Assembly (NCBI RefSeq): GCF_037042905.1
Contig: NC_087252.1
Coordinates: 15,998,001-16,062,000 of the forward strand
Direction of reading: 5' to 3'
Length of the DNA: 64,000 nt
Source of the DNA: Lytechinus pictus
Lineage: Eukaryota
Part shown: in pieces, positions 12,373-23,641 of the stretch
How the letters are laid out: each line of letters starts with the position of its first letter
How positions within the stretch are numbered: position 1 is the stretch's first letter
Position numbers and translations under genes: made by a program
The notes under the pieces: model-generated
Seen by the model: only the letters and a program-made list of their open reading frames with translations
Told to the model about the DNA's origin: nothing
Database searches by the model: none

Positions 12373-15152
12373 TCAAGTATGTGTTCTAATATGATTTGTA
12401 AGATTGACCTTGGTAGAAAATCTCTTCTCACAATGAGAGCAACGATAAGATTTTTCTCCTGTGTGTGTTCTTATGTGACAACGAAGAGTACTCTTTTGAG
12501 AAAATGTTTTCCCACAAAGAGAGCAACTATAGGGTTTTTCTCCAGTATGTGTTCTAAAATGACAGGTAAGACTGACCTTTGTAGCAAACCTCTTCTCACA
12601 AAGAGAGCAAATATAGGGTTTTTCTCCTGTGTGTGTTCGTATATGATGGGTAAGATCAGTCTTTTTAACAAATCCCTTCTTACAATGAGTGCAAATATAG
12701 GGTTTTTCTCCTGTGTGTGTTCTAACATGATATGTAAGACTGACCTTGTTAGAAAATCTCTTGTCACAATGAGAGCAACGATAAGGTTTTTCTCCTGTGT
12801 GTGTTCTTATATGACGGATAAGATTACTCTCTCGAGAAAATCCCTTCCCACAATGAGAGCAAATATAGGGTTTTTCTCCCGTGTGTGTTCTTATATGACA
12901 GATAAGGTTACTCCCTAGAGAAAATCTCTGACCACAATGAGAGCAAATATAGGGTTTCTCTCCAGTGTGTGTTCTGATATGATTTGTAAGACTGGGCTTG
13001 GTAGAAAATCTCTTCTCACAATAAGAGCATTGATAAGGTTTTTCTCCAGTATGTGTTCTAATATGATTTGTAAGAGCGGTCTTGTGATTAAATCTCTTTT
13101 CACAATGAGAGCAATGATGAGGTTTTTCTCCAGTATGTTTTCTTATATGACTTCTAAGAGTGGACTTGTCAGTAAATCTCTTCTCACAATGAGAGCATTG
13201 ATAAGGTTTTTCTCCTGTGTGTGTTCTTATATGACAAGAAAGATTACTCTTTTGAGAAAATCCTTTCCCACAATGAGAGCAAATAAAGGGTTTTTCTCCA
13301 GTATGTGTTCTAATATGAGAGGTAAGTCTGACCTTTGTAGCAAACCTCTTCTCACAATGAGAGCAAATATAGGGTTTTTCTCCTGTGTGTGTTCGTACAT
13401 GCTGGGTAAGATCAATCTTTTTAACAAATCCCTTCTCACAATGAGAGCAACGATAAGGTTTTTCTCCTGTGTGTGTTCTTATATGACAGATAAGATAACT
13501 CTCGTGAGAATATCTCTTACCACAATTAGAGCAAATATAGGGTTTTTCTCCTTTATGAGTTCTAATATGATTTGTAAGATCGCTCTTTTGAGAAAATCCC
13601 TTGTCACAATAAGAGCAATGATGAGGTTTTTCTCCAGTATGTTTTCTTATATGACTTTTTAGAGTGGACTTGTCAGTAAATCTTTTCTCACAATGAGAGC
13701 ATTGATAAGGTTTTTCTCCTGTGTGTGTTCTTATATGACAAGAAAGATTACTCTTTTGAGAAAATCCTTTCCCACAATGAGAGCAAATATAGGGTTTTTC
13801 TCCAGTATGTGTTCTAATATGACGGGTAAGACTGACCTTTGTAGCAAACCTCTTCTCACAATGAGAGCAAATATAGGGTTTTTCTCCTGTATGAGTTCTA
13901 ATATGATTTGTAAGATCGCTCTTTTGAGAAAATCCCTTGTCACTATGAGAACTATAAGATTCTTCTCCATTGTGTGTGCTCATATGGGTTATAAGATTGG
14001 CCTTGGTAGAAAATCTCTTCTCACAATAAGAGCATTGATAAGGTTTTTCTCCAGTATGTGTTCTAATATGATTTGTAAGAGCGGTCTTGTGATTAAATCT
14101 CTTTTCACAATGAGAGCAATGATGAGGTTTTTCTCCAGTATGTTTTCTTATATGACTTCTGAGAGTGGACTTGTCAGTAAATCTTTTCTCACAATGAGAG
14201 CATTGATGAGGTTTTTCTCCTGTGTGTGTTCTTATATGACAAGAAAGATTACTCTTTTGAGAAAATCCTTTCCCACAATGAGAGCAAATAAAGGGTTTTT
14301 CTCCAGTATGTGTTCTAATATGACGGGTAAGACTGACCTTTGTAGCAAACATCTTCTCACAATGAGAGCAAATATAGGGTTTTTCTCCTGTGTGGGTTCT
14401 TATATGACAGATAAGATAACTCTCTTGAGAAAATCCTTTCCCACAATGAGAGCAAATAAAGGGTTTTTCTCCTGTGTGTGTTCTTATATGACAAGAAAGA
14501 TTACTCTTTTGAGAAAATCCTTTCCCACAATGAGAGCAAATAAAGGGTTTTTCTCCAGTATGTGTTCTAATATGACAGGTAAGACTGACCTTTGTAGCAA
14601 ACCTCTTCTCACAATGAGAGCAAATATAGGGTTTTTCTCCTGTGTGTGCTCGTACATGCTGGGTAAGAAAAATCTTTTTAACAAATCGCTTGTCACAATG
14701 AGAGCAACGATAAGGTTTTTCTCCTGTGTGTGTTCTTATATGACAGATTAGATAACTCTCTTGAGAAAATCTCTTACCACAATGAGAGCAAATATAGGGT
14801 TTTTCTCCTGTATGAGTTCTAATATGATTTGTAAGATCACTCTTTTGAGAAAATCCCTTGTCACTATGAGAACTATAAGATTCTTCTCCAGTGTGTGTGC
14901 TCATATGGGTTATAAGATAATCCCTACATTCAAAATTCTTATGACAATGGGGGCACTTGAAGCATCTGTCTCCAACCTCTGTCAAAATATGACTAGCAAA
15001 CTCAACTTCCCTAGAGTGTGTTTTATGATGTAGAACTAAAGAATTCTCATCTGGAAACGTCTTATTGCATTGTAAACACTGATGGGACTCATCTTCACTG
15101 CATTCCGTTATTGATGATTGTCTCATGTCCACTCCATCCAAAAGATCTTTAT
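12373..15152 (-). CDS. Tandem C2H2 (Kruppel-type) zinc-finger protein, large last coding exon: 30 canonical and 2 degenerate fingers
   Basis: 922-aa ORF of CxxC-x12-HxxxH units with TGEKP linkers. Polypyrimidine-AG acceptor (minus strand ttttttttcttccag) at 15153-15154. Exon starts in phase 1 (xAT AAA GAT CTT TTG GAT). Confidence 0.95.
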
Positions 15153-16696
15153 CTGGAAGAAAAAAAAATCATCTTGTTCAAATCGTAAAAACATTAAGAC
15201 CAAAGTAAAACAGCTCTCATCTAAAGATTTTTTTTTTCCAATTTGTTGATGGTGTGTTATCATGTCAACACTAAGACACAATGCATCTATCCTTTAAAGG
15301 ACCTTTGAAAGAGCAAAAATTGGCAAGGTCTTACAGCAGTCTTCAAGATAACTGAAATATGTCATTTTCTGTGGAATGGCTCAGAAAGACCCCTCAAAGA
15401 ATTCTGAAAGACTGATGGATATTTCTTGTCTTTTTGGTCTTTGACTAGTCCTATATAGATCTTTGAACAGTCTTTAACCATAAATAAACTGGGCTATTTC
15501 AACGCCTAAGAAGACTGGGGGGGGGGGGGTAGTCTGCAGGCACAGACCCTGATTGGAATTTTGATCAACAAGTGTGCCTCCATGCAAAGACTAGCACAAA
15601 CCAAACTTGCTGTACCAATACATACACTGAAAACTTTTCCGAGTCCGAGATGGGTCAGTCGACTCACTTGCAGTGAGTAATTTGCTTTGACACATTTATA
15701 CGCGTCCATTTACACAATCCCCGACAGCAGCGACCCACGCGTGATGAGTCATTCCATAATTAACCGGCAGAAACGACCCATGTGTGGCGAGACCAGGCGA
15801 GTCGATACATTTGTCTGTGAGTTTCTTGACTCATTCAAAAACCAAAGTGAGTCACACATACGATGCAGAATTGTGATTGGTCAAAAGTAAAAAATGTGGA
15901 TGCGCGCGCACGCACGTCGCGTCGATCGTCGATATATATGCATCCGTTGGCCATTTTGAACCGTACATGGCTGACCAGACAGAGGAAGGATCTGGCATTC
16001 TGGGCGGGAGTTTAAACAGGTAAATTCTACATTTTAAGAGTCTATGTTTATATGAATAGGGAATGCGAATGCATCAGCAAATTCCAGTTAGTCCGTTAGG
16101 TACAAAATGGAATTTTCATGACAAGTATTTTTCTTTAGAAAACCTTGTCACTTGTGCTTCGACTATAGTTTGTAACTGTAAGTTTAACTTTTCGCGGGTA
16201 CGGTCTATACACGCGCTACTCCTAATGCATACGGTATGGAGCCCAAATAATGCATTCACTTAACAAGCCACAAAAGGCACCGTGACTACACAAACGTGTT
16301 TGAGTTCAAACTTCAAAATACTTCATTTTACGGCTGGAGAAAGCCAGAAGCAGCCAAGGTGTCAAAAGTATGATTGAAATTAAGCTAATCAGTGTAGGCC
16401 TAGACTTTGTTAAAGACCTAACGTTAAATGTAAGTTAGGCCAAGTTCTAAGTAGATCTAGGGCTAGGCCTAACGTTAGTCTACATGCAGAATTTCTCGTG
16501 ATACTCACAACCGGACCGCCGGCCAGATACATGTACATGATGTATCATGTACTTTAGCTAGCGCCGGCGCCTATAGACCTACATAGTACATGTATGATGT
16601 GTCATGTGTGCTTGATAGTACACATGGTCTAGATCTACATACACACACACACACACACCCTCACCCACAGACAGAGCCCAGTGCATGTGTGTATAG

Positions 16697-16842
16697 CAGG
16701 GGCCGCGGAACGGTTTTGAAAGTGGGGGGGGGGGGGGGCTGACCATGCTAAAAATCACAATCATATGGTCATTTTTACGTTTTTGTACACGGTTTTGGAA
16801 AAAAGTGGGGGGGCTGAAGCCCCCCCGGTTCCGCGGCCCCTG
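16697..16842. mobile_element. Small MITE
   Basis: Perfect 15-bp TIR CAGGGGCCGCGGAAC / GTTCCGCGGCCCCTG; TATAG on both flanks. Confidence 0.8.
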
Positions 16843-18756
16843 TATAGTGTGCGCATATTAGCAAATTGGTAGGCAGGAGAGTCAATTCTCAAGCAGGGTA
16901 GAGTAATTCAGTCACTTGTAAAGATAATCCAAACGGTGTCCAATTTTAGCATTTTCTGTTCGAAGAGAAAAAAAAAACTAGACTATCTACTACTAACTGC
17001 AATATTAAAAGTTAGCAAACATGTTTCCTGTTTGACATCACATTTTCTCTGATGAGGCTGACACCCCTATCCAAAATGGAAGTTTATTGAACCTGAATAT
17101 TGAGCCATCTTAATTTTATCATAGTTACTAAATTTCCAGCAGCTATGGGTGGATAATGGATCTAATTCTAAATGATATGCAAGTCAATAAAATGTTCTTT
17201 CTTCTAACTAAAATGCATTTGTAAGAAGTTATTTATTTTTTTTTTTATTATTTTTTTTTTTAAAGAATAACTGTTTTTTAGCATTGCCATTGCCATTGGT
17301 GTGTATATCCTTCATCCTCCCAAGGAATTATTGGGCCATTGTCTTTTGTTCTAATCCCAGCCTTTCCAATCACACGTCCCCATTCATGAGTTCTGCACTA
17401 AATATAGATCCAGATTAGGGTCTAGGCTCTACTCAAGGTACACCAGTAGATATCAAATTAAAAGCATCCAGGAACAGTTTCAGAAACTCATTAAAAAAAT
17501 CATTTATTAAGTCAATAACTCTTGATGTATGAAAAAGAGTATGAACACAATCTAATCACCATGTTATCAATTGTCTCATATTGCTGTTTTGTATTAAGCA
17601 TATCATATTCTGTAAATTTTTAGAGGGACCAGGCTCAACTAGCACATGTGCTATTTTTCTGGTCCCATTTGCCAACTTTTGTTATACATGTATGTCAGAA
17701 TTTTGTAAACTTTTGTTGTTTTGGTTGTTGGTGAATAAATCAAATCAAATCAAATAACTAATCAAAAAAAAAAAAAAATTTGAAGCAAACACAGTACATT
17801 AAATCAAATTCAACACCGAGTGCGTAGCTTTAGAGTAGACTCTAGTTTAACTGTAGGATCCATTGTAATTGTGTAGTAAACTGCAACATAGTCGTAGGAG
17901 AGGGTCTCAATTTGACTGAATCCCATAATTGTCAGTTTAATGCTATGGTTTTTTTTTTTTTTTAAACAAAAAATGATCATCAGAATATGCAGCGTCAGAT
18001 AGAGTAAAAATAATAAAACAAAATATTGAATTCAGTATGAATTCAGTATGCTGTGAACAACAAAATGTAGCTTTTGGCCCCCCCCCCTTCATAACATTAG
18101 CTTGTTCTTGCAAGCAGACGATCACTGTCACTGACAAAGTGATAGGCAAAGACACAAAATTTTATTTTAATTTGATCTTTCAAAATTATTTTACTGCAAA
18201 GATGGAGTTTAAGATCTAGACTAGAGGATATTTTGAAAATTATCTATGATGTTTTTAATAATACTAATTTGTAATTTTTTTTTTCAAATGAGCTGTGCGA
18301 GACTTAAAGTCACATTTTCAACTTCCTCCCATTGCAGCATATGCAGAAATTTCATTTGATTCAAAATGTGTTATTCAATGATTTTTCAAATATGGATAGT
18401 TTTATCATATATGTTGTGTAGATCTATTGAGCAGCAGGTCAAGGGACATCATGTGCCCAAACTTAATTTACAGTCCTGACAGTGAAAAGTTAACTCAAAT
18501 TCTAAATATGCTAATTAAGCTGGACACAAATAATTGTGTGGTTCCAGTTCCATACCATAAATAACCCAGAAAGTCAGGTCGGTCGGTCGGTCAGGAAAAT
18601 ATTTTATTTTTTCATTAAAAGAAAAAAAATTGAGCTGCCTGGTGAAACGGGAGCAAAATTCGAAAACCTGTGGGGGGAGGGGGCACTCATGTACATGTAT
18701 ATTGTAGTACAGGGACGTGCCGCTTTGATGACCCCCCTTTTTGAGCTTGTGTTTAA

Positions 18757-19461
18757 ACCCGACATAGCCTGGGCTATTTTGCAATTGTATATTATTAGGC
18801 CACCAAAATCTCGGCAGTCAACCGCGCGATTGCGGTGAAAATTGGCACGCATGTTGCCCATGACGTAATTTCCAAAATCATATCGCTAATTTTTTTCCAA
18901 AACAATGTAATTTCGTTAAATATGCTGATTAAGCTAATATGCATGAAATAAGATTTGTTGCTCTAAATCACTGAATGAAGCTTCATATAGGCTAATTTTT
19001 GGTCTGAATACTTTTTGTAGTATTCTCAACAAATTTACTTGAAAAAAAAATGCTGTATCAAAATTCATTTTTATGTATTTTATTGTTTTCTCAATTTCTT
19101 ATGTTATGTTTTTTGACCTTTTTATTTTTATGAGTGTTTTTAATGAAATTCTTTGGCACCACTTTTTCAGCCATAAAGATCATAAAATTGATTGATTTTC
19201 ATCAATAAAGCAAAAATAATCACACACTTCTGAAAAAGCTGAAAACACAATTTGCAATTTTTGGTCCGACGTGCAGGTACAAATGTGTAACTTTGAACCG
19301 CGTAACCAGGCGTCGTGAATTTGTTCTCAAAAGATGCGCGAGACTCGAAAGAAAAAAATTGAAATATTGCGGCAAGAGCTCCTCGCGTTACGAATTTCAT
19401 GCGAAAAATGTCAAGGGGTCCTGATCAAGCCCCCCCCCCCCCTTGCCCTGGCTACATAGGG
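18757..19461. mobile_element. piggyBac-like MITE
   Basis: TTAA-flanked, with imperfect TIRs (A)CCCGACATAGCCTGGGC / GCCCTGGCTACATAGGG. Interior resembles 26560-27447 and 40978-41640. Confidence 0.6.
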
Positions 19462-19821
19462 TTAACAGATTCAAAATATCAAAATTAGAATATTTAAATT
19501 CTTGTTTTAAAATTATAATAAAGTATGATATTTTGAATTTGATCATTTGAATTGGTGATAGGCTTTTAGATCCTATAGCAAAATAGTACACTATGACTGG
19601 GGCTTATTTTTGTACATACATGTACATGTACTTTGTTTTTCAATTTCTATTTTTCTGCAGATTTCAAGTTCTAAAGACCTGATATCTCCTTGCCTCATCT
19701 TGGTTGGACATACACTACAGTTTGAATTTCCATCATACATGTACAAGGAAATAGTGATGCTTATGCACCACCACAGTTGAACAGGATTAGCAAGTGAGTG
19801 TTTCACACATAACTGTAACTT

Positions 19822-20415
19822 ATGGCAGCTGCTCCTAATGATGTGAACCAGGCTATTTTTGTGTATTCATGTGTTTACTGTCAGTATCAGACAGGTAAAC
19901 TAAATAAATACTTAAGTCATCTAGAGTACGTCCACCAAACAGAAAGGGGATTTAGCGTCACATGTGGGATAGAAGGTTGCCAAAAGAAGTATTCCATTGT
20001 TCGCTCACTTTCACGTCACATAACAAGGAATCATAACATTAACATAGGCCAATGTGTAGCTATTCAACATGACAGGCCAAACGATAGTGATGGTGATGAA
20101 TCCGATGATGGATACATGCATTTGCAGGAAGGTAACGGTGAAGAAAATTTGGACCCAGAAGAAAATGCACAATATGCACTATCTTCGTACTATTGCATTA
20201 TTTATTCTGCGATTGAGGGAAGAGAAGAAAGTACCTGCAAATGCCTGCACCCATATAGTGAGTGAGATTAACAAACTATTCGAGATTAGCAATGTTGAAG
20301 TAAGGAATGCTGTTTTGAAGGTGCTGCAAGAAAATGGAATAGATCAGATAAACATTGATGGACTTGAAGATATCTTCACCTCCTTCCATTCCATTTCACG
20401 AGCACATCATCCTTT
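19822..20415 (+). pseudogene. 5' part of a putative EnSpm/CMC-type transposase (two atypical C2H2 fingers, acidic linker, helical region), frameshifted and truncated
   Basis: CVYC...HLEYVH and CGIEGC...HITRNH in ORF 19822-20265, continuing in a shifted frame as ALFILRLREEKKVPANACTHIVSEINKLF. Lies within CACTG TIRs. No catalytic domain follows. Confidence 0.6.
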
Positions 20416-20511
20416 TTTGAAAAATTCTACGTTTTCAACTTTTCTCATTTTTTCCCTCTTTTTTTTTTATACCAGCCTTTCACATCTGTGCAACTGTCAA
20501 TTTTCAATCAG

Positions 20512-22052
20512 GTGTTGGAGAAATTGGAGCACTGCTGTTACTCACATGTTATGCTGCATGAGAAAATAGAGCTCCTTCTTTGTCCAAAGGCCAAGGTATT
20601 TGCATTATAATATTTGAGCCCTAATTAATTATGCAGATGAAAATTAGTCAAAAGCTACAATACAAAGCTCTTAAAGTCTACTACCAGTGTACCAAGTCTC
20701 ATCATCATAGCTTATTTACTGTTATTGCAAACTATACTTTTCTATTTTATGAATACATAATTAGCCACCATATTGAGAAATGGATTTAGAAAAAGAAAAA
20801 GAAATTAAATGAAAGATGTTGGCTGAGCTGTTGATTCCCCAGATTTTAACATTAATATTTCATCAACTGAATGTCTGATTCATATAATTTTGTTCAGTTC
20901 TAGAATCTGCAGACTAAGGACTATAACATATCTGATTTGAAAAGAAATCTACATTTTCACTCTGACAAAAGACTAAAAGCAGAACTTTGCTTATTATAGT
21001 TCAGATTGGTAGTGATGTCAAAATGTCTTCATGCGCACTCGCTAAAGTGTATTACATTTTATCACTCGCGTAATTTTTTACAAGACTAAAATGATGCAAA
21101 AGATATCACGGGCGCACATCGATAGACCAGGGCCCCATCTTATAAAGAGTTAAGATTGATCCGAATCAAATCGAAGTCCAATTCCCTATCTCCAATGTAC
21201 AGAGTTACGATTGATATTAATCACAAGTGAAATTGAGATAAGACAGGGCCCAGAGGTGACACCATTATTAATCTGAATCTGGGTCGCACTTTAGATTGTA
21301 GATTCTTAACACATTTATTTATCATCTTGCATAAAGGGATGGAAAGGTTTTAAAGGTTTTATAGTTTATTTTCACACACAGTGCATCAATTGTGGTGATG
21401 TAGTTATACTCTTAACCATTTTCTAAACCATAGGGCCTATGTGATATTAATGTACTTTTGGAAGTGTAACTTTGTATTCTTGTTAAGTGCCTTCGTGGTT
21501 GTGTGCAACATAAGATGCTTACCACCACTTGCAATATGATTGTAAAGTTATATTACTACAAGACCAGTCATTATTACATTTTGTTATTCCCATAGTAAAG
21601 AAAGTTCCATCAGCCTAACTGGACCACTATCAGAAATTATGTCTTTCTGGATAAATAGATATAAAGAAGATTTTTTTTCAATAGGCCTATTCAAGTTTTT
21701 TTCCTCCCCCCCCCCCCTTTTCTAGGAGTTGGATCCTGAAGAACCACAACCTCACATCCACATTGAATACAATGGGAGAATTGAAGATGTTTTGGCTGCA
21801 ACTGGGAGAGTGAAGGAGTTTGCAATCGTGGCTGAAGGAGAAGTAGTTGCTCAGACAAGTGACGTCTTCAAGGCTGTGTGCATTGTGATGGCAGTACACT
21901 ATGTGTTCAATATGAGTTACCACCCAAAGCTGAATGCCTCATTGATATTCATCCAGAAAGTGATCATGAATATGAAGGATAGTAGCCCAAACCCAAAGAA
22001 GGTTATCAAAGTTTTGTTTCAGGTGAACTCCAAATTAAATGCTGCAGTTTAG
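20512..22052 (+). pseudogene. Last two exons (20512-20595 and 21726-22052) of the element's second gene, SAMD3-like C-terminal domain
   Basis: AAG|gtattt donor at 20595 and tctag|GAG acceptor at 21726 are both phase 0. Motif HYVFNMSYHPKLNASLIFIQKVI. The first of these exons needs a 1-bp frameshift to read GALLLLTC/MLHEKIELLL. Confidence 0.6.
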
Positions 22053-22087
22053 CCAGTGAGAGAGTAACATAATGGTCAAACCTTTAA

Positions 22088-22930
22088 AGACCGTATCGGA
22101 AGCGAAAAATGAAACTGACAAATTATACCCCAATGGAAAGCTTATAAGCTACAGAATACCACAATGCAAGTTTCATGCATTTTCACCACTTACCAGCAGA
22201 GTATTTGCTATAGAAACGCTCAAATTTGAGATCTTCGAAAATCGGCATTATTGCTCTCCGTACGGGCCTGAATTCTCTGACGTCACGTTATGAGAACGAA
22301 GTTGTGATTACATGTGTTTGCATGTAGAAAAGTTTTATTATTTTTTTGTTTTCCAGATTACAAATTCGAATTTTTTAAACAATTTGCACAGGAAAATAAC
22401 GAAAGTATTTCGTGCTTAAATGGATGAAACCTACAGCTGTAGACCATATTTTTTTTCTCATTTCTTTGTTTTCCTCATATTTGGCTATGATTGCTATGTC
22501 AGGCAGAACTTGCACATAATCTGAATGCAGATACAGATGAATAGCTACACTAAATAAGTGGCAAAGGAATGACCAAAATATGGTCTAGAGCTGTAGATTT
22601 CATCAATCTAACAGGAAATACTTTCAATGTTATTTTCGTGTGAAGATCGTTACAAAAATTTTGAATTCGTAATCTGGAAAACTAAAAATTATCGATTTTT
22701 TCTACGTGCAAACGTATGTAATCACAACTCCATTCTCATAACATGATGTCAGAGAATTCAGGCCTGTAGGGAGAGCAATAAAACTCATTTCAAAGATCTC
22801 AAAGTCAAGTGTTTCTCAAGCAAATACTCTGCTGGTAAGTGGTGAAAAATGCATGAAACTTGCATTATTGTATTCTACTTCTTCTTATCTTTCCACTGAT
22901 GCATAGTTATTTTGGCTTCCGAGATGGTCT
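22088..22930. mobile_element. TTAA-flanked palindromic MITE with AG...CT termini (Kolobok-like)
   Basis: TTAA at 22084-22087 and 22931-22934; AGACCGTATCGGAAGC / GCTTCCGAGATGGTCT; long internal inverted arms. Related copies at about 24890-25623 and 55440-56200. Confidence 0.8.
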
Positions 22931-22999
22931 TTAACCTACACAAGTTGATAGAATGCTATAGATTGATTTACACAAACGATATATAAATGTGCCTATTAA

Positions 23000-23641
23000 A
23001 GATCTAATTTGTTTTTAAGTGTTGATCTACAAGATTTTGCACAGAAGTATTTGAAAGGGGAATAAAGAAATATATTATTGTGAAAATATGTGGTATCCCT
23101 GTACTAGTGGGGCTGCCATTTTGTTGATAATGTGAAGTATTGCCGTACTTCTACCTTCAATACATGTATCATTTGGAAACGTTTTAGTCATAAAGATATT
23201 TTAAAGCAATGAATAAATTGAAGATTTTTGATAACATAAAATATTTGTTATTAAAATTTGAATTTACTGAAAATATATTTTCATTTGAGTTGAAAATGAA
23301 ATAAAAAATATTTTTCTTCTCTTGGAATAGTCTAATTTCAAATGAAATAGTGCTTGCATGGCAAAACAGAAACTAATGTATGCCAACTGCATTCTGACTA
23401 TTGAAGTACAAATGCCTTTAAGTAGATGAGTGCAATAGTTAGCACTACTGAAGCCGAGGGAAGAAGCATCCATAAATTTGAATACATTTGGAGTCTGGCA
23501 GTACGTCACATTATCAACAAAATGGCAGCTCCCATTTAGTACAGGGATAACACATATTTTGACAAGAATATCTTTAGTATTTCCCTTTCAATTACTTCTG
23601 TGCGAAGTCTCGTAGACCAACACATACAAACAAATTTATCT
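23000..23641. mobile_element. TTAA-flanked palindromic MITE (Kolobok-like)
   Basis: TTAA on both flanks; about 150-bp imperfect inverted arms (GCACAGAAGTA / TACTTCTGTGC). Confidence 0.75.

Noticed and set aside
11840..15033. Long + strand ORFs (up to 352 aa) and alternate-frame minus ORFs
   Set aside because: Antisense and frame shadows of the 84-bp zinc-finger repeat.
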